This document shows, one piece after another, positions 9,567-20,250 of a DNA stretch of 22,511 nt. Where the stretch lies: positions 1-22,511 of the forward strand of contig NW_021836985.1 in assembly GCF_006345805.1 (NCBI RefSeq). Direction: 5' to 3'. The position numbers were made by a program, and so were the translations under genes. Source of the stretch: Octopus sinensis. Lineage: Eukaryota. The stretch's first letter is position 1. The number at the start of each line of letters is the position of its first letter. The notes below the pieces were generated by a model. The model saw nothing but the letters and a program-made list of their open reading frames with translations. It had not been told where the DNA came from and made no database searches.

Positions 9567-10504
9567 GGATCTTTTCGCTTTGACCGGCAGATTTTTAAAA
9601 TAATTTCTTTGTAACTTTAGTTACAAAGAAATTATTTTACACTTTTAAACTTCGTATACTGATAGAATGTGTTTATAAAACATCTTTTTCTATTGGCTTT
9701 CTTGAGAAAATTCTGTAGTTTGTAAGCTATTTGTTGTTTAATTTCTTGCATTTCGGCAATTTCAACCAATCAATGACTTCTGTTGAGGTGAATACAATCT
9801 CTCCGAATCTTTGTCATCAACAATTATTTGCGGTGTCATAGGAATTTGTCACTGTTATTTATGAGAAAAAAGATACCCTGTGACCATAAACTGAGGGGTC
9901 ACTCGCAAACAGAGCTGGATAACAAAACCGTTCCCTCTTTAGTGTCCACCCATAATTATGACCATAGTATCGATCTATTGCATTTCAATCTGTTTTAGGG
10001 TTAAGGTTAGGGTTAAGGGTGGGGGGAAGGGTATCTTTTTTTCTTCAGAAATGTAAATAAACCCAATCTGTTTCATAAACGAATACATAATATGTAATGT
10101 GTGTATCTGTGCAGCAGAGAGGGAAATTAAAACTGCATCTGTTGTGAACTTAGAATATGTGTTTATTAATAAAAGTTTAATAACGATGATCTTTTATTCA
10201 TACGAACGTAACTGATGTAAAATATGTCATAAATAACAGTGACAAATTCATATGACATCGCAAATAATTGTTGTTGACAAAGATTCGGAGAAATTGTATT
10301 CACCTCAATAGACGTCATTGATTGGTTGAAATTGCCGAAATGCAAGAAATTAAACAACAAATAACTTACAAACTACAAAATTTTCCCAAGAAAGCCAAGA
10401 GAAAAAGATGTTTTATAAACACATTCTACCAGTATACGAAGTTTAAAAGTGTTTAGTTACAAAGAAATTATTTTAAAAATCTACCGGTCAAAGCGAAAAG
10501 ATCC
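9567..10504. mobile_element. 938-bp non-autonomous DNA transposon with ~280-300 bp TIRs (GGATC...GATCC) and an 8-bp TSD CGAATGAA; Merlin- or Mutator-like
   Basis: Left arm 9567-9864 and right arm 10227-10504 are inverted, with about a dozen substitutions. CGAATGAA occurs at 9559-9566 and at 10505-10512. There is no coding capacity. Confidence 0.88.
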
Positions 10505-11520
10505 CGAATGAAATTATGAAAATGATAAAATGAGGCGCAATGCCCACTCGAACCCCGAAGTCGAGTGGTTACATTTAGACATTATTTTGAACAGTTTTTT
10601 AAAAAATTAATTTTTTTTAAAACAAAAAGTTCACATCTTCATTTTTTATATTGTTCATATCATCTGTTATATTTTTTCTCTAAAATTTCTCATACCTTCA
10701 TATTCTACCACGGCTGGCAGGGTATTATACAACACCGGTCAGTCAACCATAGTCACTAATTCACGATATGAATCCATGAATATTTCGTATCTTTCGTCAT
10801 TCAATAGGATATACCTTTTATTCTCTTTGAAATCCTCCCTAGGCAGCTTCACCCTTATTAATCCCTTCCGCTTGGATATTCTTCTTCCTACCCTTTTTTC
10901 ATAGTAGACTAAGAATGCCTTATATTTAAATTCTTTCTCTCTTTGTTCTGTCTCTACTGTATGCGTATGCTCGAGTTTAATCGGACACACACATGCATAC
11001 GTACACACACACATTTATATTGCAGTTTATGTTTTGTGTTTGTATGTGATTAAGCGCTTTTGTGTCTGTCTGTGCACGTGTGTGTCTGTGTGTCCTCATT
11101 TACACGAGCTTCAATGTATGAAAGACAAACAGACATACTTGAATCCCTCCTCCCATTTCTTATCATTCTTTCCGTTGTCACAGAAGGAAAAACCAGTAGG
11201 ATTCCGAAGAGAATCCTGCAACTGACTGTTGCTGTTGGCCAACATCTGTAAGAAGAACGTAGATTGGTGCCAATTCCATTGTAATGGAGATTCAATCTAT
11301 TGTCTCCTTTGTTTCTAGTCCCACCAAACCATTTGTTTGGAATCTCTCAGAGAGGATGGGATTTCTTGGGAAAATCCACGGAGATTCTCACGGAACATTT
11401 AAGTAGGCTTAAATTGATGGCCATGTAACAACTGGACAACGATATCAGTTTTTGAAATACTGACCGGTGTTTTCGGACGATTACAGTTCATACAGTTCTA
11501 TATTTAAGAAATGAGAAATT

Positions 11521-11739
11521 ATGTAAATTATTTACATTCGACGGATATTTGTCCTCATCTTGTTTGTTATTAACACTACGTTTTGGCTGAAATACCCTCC
11601 AGCCTTCATCAGGTGTCTTGGGAAATTTCGAACCTGGGTTCTCATTCCTAAAGTATTTTTCTATGTTATTATTATTCTTCAGGTCACTGCCTGGAATAGT
11701 AAGCCCGCGCTCTTAAACACTACGCCATATGCCCACGGG
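11521..11739 (-). mobile_element. Short tRNA-headed SINE-like element containing a minimal hammerhead ribozyme
   Basis: Minus strand: GGGCATATGGCGTAGTGTTTAAGAGCGCGGGC (A-box-like at 11727-11717, B box largely deleted), (AAT)n, then the HHR fold, then a tail ending in an 8-bp inverted repeat (11521-11537). Confidence 0.65.
11572..11617 (-). ncRNA. Minimal type-I hammerhead ribozyme, canonical CUGAUGA core, G12A (probably inactive copy)
   Basis: GACAC-CTGATGA-A-GGCTGGA-GGGTAT-TTCAGCC-AAA-ACGT-A-GTGTT: 5-bp stem I (one G.U), 7-bp stem II, palindromic ACGT stem III and a GUA cleavage triplet. Position 11584 carries A instead of G12. Confidence 0.72.
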
Positions 11740-11849
11740 TATATGGTGAGTGGAGGGTGTGAGCAACAATGGGCGACGAACGATTCCGGGCGTCAACGAA
11801 CATAGTTTGAATAGTCCCCTCTGGAAGGTTTATAGGAATTATGAAGAAC

Positions 11850-12310
11850 TCCTCGAAAAGTTTGGCCGAGCAATGTTATCGGATGGAAGCGGGGGTGGGG
11901 AGTTCATTGCCTGTTCGAGAAAACTCTAGCATGCTTCTGATGCACGCAAGTAACAAAACCATTCTATTTGCCCTCATTCTATGTTTATTGATGGTGTGTA
12001 GTCGAGTCCAGGACATTTATCCCTCATGGACAATAATTCTCCACCAAGGGAAATTACCTCTGAGGACAACAGATGATGATTTAAAACTTCTTAATATATT
12101 GGAAAGGGGGTAATTAAACAAGGCGGCTAATTGTCCTGCTATGGTGTGGTCTTTTATTGAACTGTTGTTACTATGTGCAGGATGGCAAGGGAGAGTGGAG
12201 AGTCTCCATTTGCCTGATGGCTATAGCAAAGGACGCTGCGAGGTGAGAGTGGCTATTGAAAAGTCTCCATTCTGGTTAAGCCCTCATTAACCTCTTCTAA
12301 TATCAAATAA
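11850..12310 (+). pseudogene. Probable heavily decayed C-terminus (zf-RVT-like region) of an L1/Tx1-type ORF2
   Basis: KSLAEQCYR..LPVREN...KTILFALILC resembles the zf-RVT pattern (W.....LP.R..L...ET..H....C) with the CxxC lost. Downstream: ICLMAIAKD...LKSLHSG*ALINLF. Recognition was by eye. Confidence 0.4.
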
Positions 12311-13021
12311 TTAATTAAACCCTCTAAAGAACCGCGTGATCTCCCTTCCCTCCAGACAAACACATGAATACTTGACCTTATTTGGCAATTTTAGTTGGGA
12401 GGGTAAGCAGGAACTGTAACTTTATTTCTTCAGGGACACCGATACTGCTGGGAGAGAGGGAGGAAGTTATCCTCAAACCGGAAATCCAACAGGAATGCTC
12501 GCAACAGAGCGGACTCGGCTGAAGACATCCAAAATGCCAAGCGACTCTCACTTCCACTTAACAATAACCCAGCCTTGAAATAATTCGAATCTTAAACTTC
12601 CATACTTAATCAGGTGGTGTTAATTAACTTCCAGTATTATTAACCTTTCATAATTTCATTCTCCTTGTATCGAATCTCTAACACTGAACTTTTATAATTA
12701 AAAATTGTTAATATTTCGTTATTTTTTTGAAGATTTATCCGCCAATTAATTCTATAATATTTTGAATATATAATTAAATCGAACTAAAAGCTTTTATAAT
12801 AATGTGGTTTTAAATATTAATTTCTTTTGAAAATCTTTTGAAATAATAATTTGAGAAGTTCGCCGCAATAAAACAAATAAGTTTTATTTTTCTCTGCTTT
12901 GTCAGTATTGAGTTCTTTATTACAGATTGTACTTCAGTATGTACTAGAATGTACGTGTAAGGCACACACACACACCCTCTCTCTCACACACATACACAAT
13001 CTCTCTCTCCCCCCACACATA

Positions 13022-13874
13022 CAGTGCGATGAATAAATTGTCGCCTTTTTATGTTCTTAATTTCGCGCGTGCACATTGTTTTGATGTTGTCGACAACACA
13101 GTACAGTAGAATCAGTTGGGCACCGTCTGTGAGAAAAACAGCATCATGAAACAATTTCACTTTGTCAGAAGTTTGGAAACGACGTGCTGTACTGCTTGGC
13201 ATTCATGTTGGAAGCTCCAATACGAACATTTCAGAGTGTTTGGGTGTCAATCTGAGGACATGTACTGAGAGTGATAAAAAGCAAACATCCGATTAACATC
13301 ATGGTGTTTGAAATGACTGCTAGTAATGGTGACGTTATGCCTTCGTTCATCTTCCCACACAGATTCACATTCAACACGAAGACCTATATCAAGTGCTAGG
13401 AAGAGGTAGTGCTGCCCTGGGTTGAGAGGGTGGCTGCTGCAAGACCCTATGTCTGGTAACAGGACTCAGCACCATGCCACACAAGCAGGATAACCTAGTT
13501 ATGGCTGTCAAACAATTTCCGCGACCACATCACCCCTAATATCTGGACACCTAACTCCCGACTGTGACACCCTTGAGTATTATATGTGGGGCACAGTTGA
13601 GCGAGAGACCAACAAAACTCTTTGTAGCACCAAAGATGAACTGAAGGCAACGATTATGACAGCATTCACCAACTTAAACAAGGAGACCATCCAGAAGAGT
13701 TACAAGAGATTCCGAAGTCATCTGGAGACTGTGGTTGCAGAGATTTTATTGAATAAATTTACTCTTTAATATTTCAAGATATACAGTTTTGTTAAATATA
13801 TCTGTTAAAATGAGATGATGTCAGTGTTATTTTCATTTTTGCGCAATTTAGACGACAATTTATTCACTGCACCG
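13022..13874 (+). mobile_element. Internally deleted Tc1/mariner (DD37D/maT-like) element, 853 bp
   Basis: Imperfect ~22-bp TIRs (CAGTGCGATGAATAAATTGTCG / CGACAATTTATTCACTGCACCG) with TA at 13020-13021. An N-terminal remnant (EVWKRRAVLLGIHVGSSNTNISECLGVNLRT) is joined at ~13260 to KHPINIMVF...VW*QDSAPCHT...W.PNS.DC..LEYYMWG...KDELKA. There are about 37 residues between the second and third catalytic positions. Confidence 0.92.
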
Positions 13875-13986
13875 TGTGTGTGTGTGTATCAGTTGATTAA
13901 AAAAAAAAACAGAAAAAGACAAGAAAAAAAAAACAACGCGAGTACGTAGCACATGCAAAGTATTAATAAGGAGATGGAAAGAGTGG

Positions 13987-14025
13987 CTGTTTTACGTTTG
14001 GAGCAAAGCTCTTCTTCGAAAACAG
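13987..14025 (-). ncRNA. Decayed minimal hammerhead ribozyme remnant
   Basis: CTGTTT-TCGAAGA-A-GAGC-TTT-GCTC-CAA-ACGT-A-AAACAG: all three stems are intact, but the core is mutated (TC for CT at positions 3-4; G12C). Confidence 0.5.
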
Positions 14026-15271
14026 GAAACATAGGAAAGTCCAAAAGAAACGAAGGAGTAAAAAATCGCCAACAGTCCACATGTAGTTACACACACACAC
14101 ACACATACATATATAGAGGTCACGAAAGTGACGGAGGGTACTGGTCAGCACCGATTATACTTTCCTATGGCGGTTTTTGTTTATCTACCTTAAGCTTTCT
14201 CTTAGGTTATATTATTTTATTTGGCTTTTTTCTGAGTAAGGGAGAATATAATGATTCAACGTCACTTATACTAAAGTGTTATCATTATACCTAAAACCCT
14301 AACTACAGTATATAAGGTCATAGAGACATATACGCATGAAACGCTATATTAATGACATGTATGTTGAATATTTTCTTCGTGTCCTTTAAACCGCTATAAG
14401 AAAACATAAATTAAGGATTACAGAAATGCATATTTATTTATGCTTAGTTGAAAAACAAATGTGAAGAGAAACATTTTCTTTTAATTAGTTTTATTATATA
14501 AATATAACATTTTATATTATTTACAGTAAGAAATAAAGATAATTTTGTCGTGTAGAAGAACGACTATGAATTCATTAACTAATTCTTAATTCTAACTAAT
14601 ACATTAATATACAAATCAAAATAGACTTGTGATTAACTTTAGACATGGCATGAAAATTACCGATGTCTCAAAAGAGTGAGTGTCGTGGAGTTCAGTGACA
14701 TTCAACAAACACTGAAATCTTTCCCAAAATCCAGGGTTTTTATAACTGCTCAACTTGACTTAAAAGAATCGAAATCCATGACAAATATTCTTCACGAAAC
14801 TTTTAGAATCTTTATATGAGCAGTTATATTAATCAATGGAAAAAAACAAAAATAATAATTTTTCGCAAAGACATTACGTCATATTGCCAATTCGCGCCAT
14901 AATTCAAAATGGCTAAAATGGTTATTGCTACAATACTAAAATAAGAGTTAAATTAACTCAAAAGCCACAAAGCGCTAAATTCAATGACCGACAAAAGGAG
15001 GCGAGTCCCTAGCATACAAAGCCGTATCGTGATTTCGAGTCCTGGTGTTGGACAATTTAATTCTCATCACCGGATTTTTTTGGCTACGGTTAAACTCGAC
15101 TTCCTCTGTTAATCATATAAGAAAAAACCGTTCAAATCATATACTGATTTTCTAAACGGTGTAAGTGCAAACAACTAATTAAAAGGCTGGCAATTAGAAC
15201 ACACACACACTCACGCACACACACACACGCACGCACACACACACACACACACACACAGCTGTATGTGTGTA

Positions 15272-15442
15272 TCTTATATATAAATGGCAATTTCTGTGAG
15301 TGCCCGTCTGTTAGCATGTTGCTGCCCAAACCAGGGAACCGATCTTTACCAAACTTTGTATACATGTTGAACTAACATCCGTTCAGTTATAAGCTAATTG
15401 GATAAAACTTCGATAATGGACCGACTGCGGGCGTTGGGCTAT
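15272..15442 (+). mobile_element. Possible short non-autonomous Helitron-like element; a second similar 5' end starts at 15599
   Basis: A|TC-TTATATATAAATGG start, a CCGATCTTTACCAAACTTTG internal motif, and a GC-rich 3' segment ending CTAT|T (CTRR expected). 15599-15710 begins TC-CATATATATATAAAAGAG...CGATTTTGACGAA. Confidence 0.35.
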
Positions 15443-15975
15443 TATTACATGATAAAATGAGGTGGATGCAAAAGTGTTAGGTTCAGGGAAATGTAGCAGA
15501 ATGAGGGTGGCTGATATCAGGGAAGGGTAGGAGACAGGAAGAGATAGACACACAGGGAATGTGAGAGACAGACAGAGAGAACGACAGACAGGAACACTTC
15601 CATATATATATAAAAGAGAGTTTGTGTGTGTGTGAGCGTGCGTATCGTCCTTAATCATTCGAAAACTGAGTTGTCGATTTTGACGAATGGGATATCAAAA
15701 GATTCAGTAATCTTTCGGTTAACAAATAAACTTTATTTTCATTTACATATTTGAATTACAAACATTTTACATTATAATCTTTCTATAATTCAACTATCCG
15801 AAACTACCACGATAACGACGATGTCATATTTTCTATATGAGTGTGTACCTTAAATGACATCCATTTCTCTATATGTTATGAAGAAATACAGTCACTCACT
15901 TTCTCTCTCACATGCATATGCACACATACAAACAAATGTATGCATGTGTATTTATGTACGTGTATATGAAAAATA

Positions 15976-15989
<14 letters not shown>

Positions 15990-16023
<34 letters not shown>
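15990..16023. repeat. (GT)n/(GA)n microsatellite
   Basis: Directly visible; preceded by (GT)n at ~15977-15990. Confidence 0.95.
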
Positions 16024-16026
<3 letters not shown>

Positions 16027-16676
16027 AATGCCACTAACACATACATGCAAAAAATACATACAAACAACACATACATTCACTCTCTCTCACACACACGCAC
16101 ACATGCACACGCCCATTTCCTATACACGTATGTACATCTTTCACTTTCTCCTGTCTTTCATCTTCTGGTCTCACTTCAAAACAAATGTCGCCTTTTCACT
16201 TTCTCCCCTCTTTCAATTTCTGCTCTCTTCAAAGCATAAAGAAATTAAAAAAGTTTAATGGAAATTAACGAAGAATCATATGATCCCATATGATCGACCA
16301 TATGATCTAGTTGACAACTTTCCTGCTTCAAACGAAAGAAAGCCATAAAATAACTTCCTTTGGCACGCGCACACGCATACACACACACACACAATCTAGG
16401 TAAAACTTCTGTATGAATTATGTTACTTTTTGCTATGTGCATGCGCAAAATTACGGCTCAAATCCAATTGAAATCACCTTTTTTCTATTCTGTAATTCGT
16501 GTTTGTGATGAGTGTATTAAAAAAACTTGATCTTCGATATAAATTTAAAAGGAAGTTCTCTCAGGAATCCTTTAGCTGTTGTTTCTAGCATGTCCGAGGT
16601 GACATTTGCACCCCATCCCAATTTTTTGGCCTACATTTCTTCTGATTCCTATATTTTCAATACAGGAGATGTTTAA

Positions 16677-16976
16677 TTTTTCTTAAAGAAACACCCACCT
16701 CGCACACCCATCACATACTCACTTTCAAAAAGCTAAAAGCACCCAATGTTTCACGCATGCGTAGAATTGTGCTGAAATAGCAGACGTAAAAATATTAGAG
16801 CACCACCAGAAAATCCGACATCCTAAAAACAGCAGGTAAACGACTTTATCTCCGAAGAAACTTCCAAGCTTTCCAAAAAGCTAAAAGTGAAAGGTTGGCG
16901 GGTTGTAGCATTCTGAAAGTGGTGAGGTGATGGTTGGATGTTTGGGAAAGAGATTTTAGTGTTTCTTTAAGAAAAA
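16677..16976. mobile_element. Possible 300-bp MITE-like element
   Basis: Perfect 18-bp inverted termini TTTTTCTTAAAGAAACAC / GTGTTTCTTTAAGAAAAA, with weaker inverted similarity further in (CCATCAC..CACTTTCA). No TSD is recognisable. Confidence 0.4.
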
Positions 16977-17398
16977 AGAAGAAAATTCTTAAAGATTCGT
17001 TCTCTTTTTTTTCTGTGGATTACCTAAAAAAAATTCGAAAAAATTTTTAAATGCAGAAATTGAGATGGGAAGAGAGAAAATTAAAATATTGAGAACATGT
17101 TTTTGGGGTATATAATACATATACCTATATTCACGTATAGAATACACAGAGAGCAACGCAATACATACAAACACTAAGAACCACATCAATACAGTGCACA
17201 CACACACACACACGTTCTTGAGGCTCTTGGCAGCAAAACGATCAACGTTCAGTATTCGCTAAAATCTAATCGGATTTAGTTCATAAACTGTAACAATTCA
17301 TCATCTTTTAATCCTCCCTGCCAACGATGAAGGACCAACGCTTGTCCACACACATGCATATATATGCGTGTGTATGTTCGTGTGTGTATAAGTATATA

Positions 17399-18280
17399 CA
17401 GAGTGTTCGGGCTAAATTTGAGAGTTTGCATAAACCGAAAAGAGAAGACAATATTCCATACCAAAATAAATGTATTTTTAAAAAATTAAAAAGAAATCCG
17501 CATTTCATCAAATACATTACGACTGCGAGACAACAGTTTACTCAAAGTAACCATTCTCAGTTTCCATCTGGGCCTCAAAACGGTTTCGGAGCTAGCGCAT
17601 GCGATTTTCGTTGCATCCCTGAGAAGCACTTAGAATACCTCCTTGTTCTTGGCCACCAGCTAGGCCTTGCTGTCTTTGTCAGTCGCACCTTACGCGTAGT
17701 AATCGAAGGGAGGACAATCGAAGGAACCAGGAGGACAGAAACTGGGGCGGGTGAGGTCGTAGCAGTTCTCTGTCAACCGCTTCTGATTCTTGCCGGAGCT
17801 GTGGCAAAGCGTCGAATCCTGCTTCCACACCCGTGGTCTTTCAGCAGCAACCGTCTGTATCCAACAATTGACCACAGCCTCCTGCAGCTGGATGTAGACG
17901 TCTGAATTGATCCTAAGTCTTTGTTCAGAGATGTGGAGCGGCATTACGTCGCCAGCCTTACTGGAGACACAAAAACCAATACGGTTTTGGGGAAAATTGG
18001 TTTTCATGGTGTCCATGTCACATTTTGCAGCCTTTTCATTGTTCCTAAATTATTGAGCAGCAATCGTGATGTTTTAGCATTTTGTCACCTGGTGTGAATC
18101 ATTACATCACAGGTAACTCTTTTCCTATGTTCATATGGCTTCTAGTCCTCCACGTCAGTTAATTTCTGAATTACAACTTTAATCTTTATGGCCTCCTACG
18201 CCGTTGACTGTTCACAAATTCATCAAATAGTTTCCGAAAAAGGAGATATAGAAACCGTCATATTCAGCTTGAACACCCTC
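17399..18280 (-). mobile_element. Second, divergent internally deleted Tc1/mariner (DD37D/maT-like) element, 882 bp
   Basis: TA on both sides (17397-17398, 18281-18282) and 26-bp TIRs matching at 18/26. Transposase remnant MKTNFP...GDVMP...VWKQDSTLCHSS...FCPPGSFDCPPFDYYA (ORF 17690-18016). Confidence 0.9.
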
Positions 18281-18589
18281 TATGCGTAACTAACACACAC
18301 ACACACACAATCGCACCCGTACACATATGTGTGTAATAAAATCATGACATGTGGTATTTTATCTCTTTGTTTTGCCTGATCCATTCATATATATCTCTTT
18401 GTTATGCCTGATCTGGGTGATATTTTCTTCTGCGGCGCCGTTGTCAATAGCAACACTTGGTCGGATTATTTTCGATCATCTCCAGTCAACTGTATGAACC
18501 TATGTATGCGCGCGTATCTATTTACCTACCTGCCTGCCTACCTGTCTGCCTACTTACCAATCGACGTGTTTTACTCTCTAAGAAAGCTT

Positions 18590-19300
18590 TGAAATTCTTG
18601 TCTTAAACCCAGTCCTTGTGTTGTCTCCTTGAATGTCCACGAATTTCAGCTGCATTCATAATCCAGAATCTCTCTTAGTGAAGTCTCTGAAGTCAAAATT
18701 GAACGATGTTTCTTTTTAGTTTTTAAAATTTGTTTTCAGAAAAGATTTTATGAAACTCTAATGGCCTGGGATCCTCCAGCCCCTATTTCCTTGATGTTAG
18801 TTCGTCCCCAGAGAATCACCAGCTCCTAAATTTTTAAACTTTATTTCACTCACAGTGAGCCTTTGGTCAGCGTTGCTATCTGCACATCGTTGAGATTGTG
18901 CCTTCTCACGATTCTGTAGTCCAGAAGAGGCCTGTATTTAGAGTAAAGAGGCATTCAGGATGTTCTGCATCAAACAGGAAGGCGAAAGCTTGTGTTGATT
19001 ATAAGAAGGCTGTATTTAGTAAATTTCTTTGAATGGAAAAGGAGGACGTTGCTGTTATGAGGGCCTCCACTCCCGATAATGACCAATAACACGAAACCAT
19101 GCAGCCCTTATTCTGGCATTCAAATCACCAAATAAAAACAGTTTATCTGAAGCTGACAACATAGATTCAAGATCACAGTAAAACTGACTTTTAGTCTCAC
19201 CGGGACTGACCACGGTGGGAGAGCCTGCACTGGTAAATATAGCATATTTATTTAATTCAAGAGGAATTCTCAGAAACATGATTCCACCCATTTTCCCTTC
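18590..19300 (-). pseudogene. RTE(BovB-like) LINE endonuclease fragment, decayed
   Basis: LRIPL..NKYAIFTSAGSPTVVSPGETKSQFYCDLES...SDKLFLFGDLNAR...W..VIG. Across frameshifts it continues LLIINTSFRLP...RTS*MP..SK..LLDYRIVRR..LNDVQI and GHSRRQHKDW. Confidence 0.85.
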
Positions 19301-20096
19301 GGAGTAACATGATTTCGCTTCACGGATCTATAAAATTCCATGTAGCTTCATACACCGATCATATTATGGCTTTTCATCACATAACGGACATGGTTTGGCA
19401 TAAGTCATGTTTCACTTGAAACAGCTGTCCCGACCAGACTATTACATCATTCCTTTGTTTATTTGCATTCCATGAAGATATACTGAAGAAGATCGTTTAT
19501 CTGCCCCACACCCTTCTTTACTTCCATCCCTGCTTACCAACGATCTTTCTTACAGCTGACTTTTTACACAGAAAATACCTACATTGGATGAAAGAGCTGG
19601 AATTTAATTTCTCATTTATTTGAGTACTATTCCGTGAATATCTATACTGTGAATGTTTTAGCATGTGTCTGTGTGAATATGCGTGCGCATGTAATTACAT
19701 GTATATATACATACTTATATATATATATACACGGGTTAATGATCAGTTTGTACACGAATGGTTTTAATGACGTCATAGTTTGGGAGATATTTAAATCTTC
19801 AATTCTTGCCCTTCTCTCTCCCCTCTTCTCTCTCAGTCCTCCTCTCTCTCTATTCGTCCCTCCCCATCTCTCATTCTCTCTCTCTGGATCAGTTTACCTT
19901 GAAACCATCAACAGTTTAATTAAATTGTCTGTTTAAAATCGTCTCCATTTCCTGCAAAGCCAGGATTTACCGACGACGCAAACCAAAACCACGTCGTTGC
20001 CATACAACGTCTCTCCAATATTCACTGGCATCTCTTGGTCCTCGTTTCCGTTCCTCTGTATGTGTGTGTGTCTATAGGTCTTCTCATTGTGTGTGT

Positions 20097-20123
20097 GTAT
20101 ATATATATATATAAATTATATAT

Positions 20124-20173
<50 letters not shown>

Positions 20174-20250
20174 AATATATATATAATATATATATATATA
20201 TAATATATATATATAAATATATATATATAATATATATAAATATATATATA
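20097..20250. repeat. (TA)n tract flanking the 360-bp tandem repeat
   Basis: Directly visible. Confidence 0.97.

Noticed and set aside
9995-10018. True telomere or chromosome-fusion site
   Set aside because: Only four degenerate units, lying inside a TSD-bounded transposon.
11841-12113. 90-aa ORF as a small secreted or membrane protein gene
   Set aside because: No splice or promoter support. It is better explained as decayed L1/Tx1-like ORF2 sequence that continues through stops.
12432-12620. Possible + strand exon after TTTATTTCTTCAG, or a LINE ORF1/ORF2 junction
   Set aside because: There is no convincing donor and no recognisable motif without invoking frameshifts.
16277-16307. Three copies of CATATGATC as a regulatory cluster
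   Set aside because: A short slippage-type repeat with no independent evidence of function.
19950-20057. GC-richer island as a minus-strand exon
   Set aside because: The acceptor lacks a polypyrimidine tract (it is a CA repeat) and the translations are unrecognisable.
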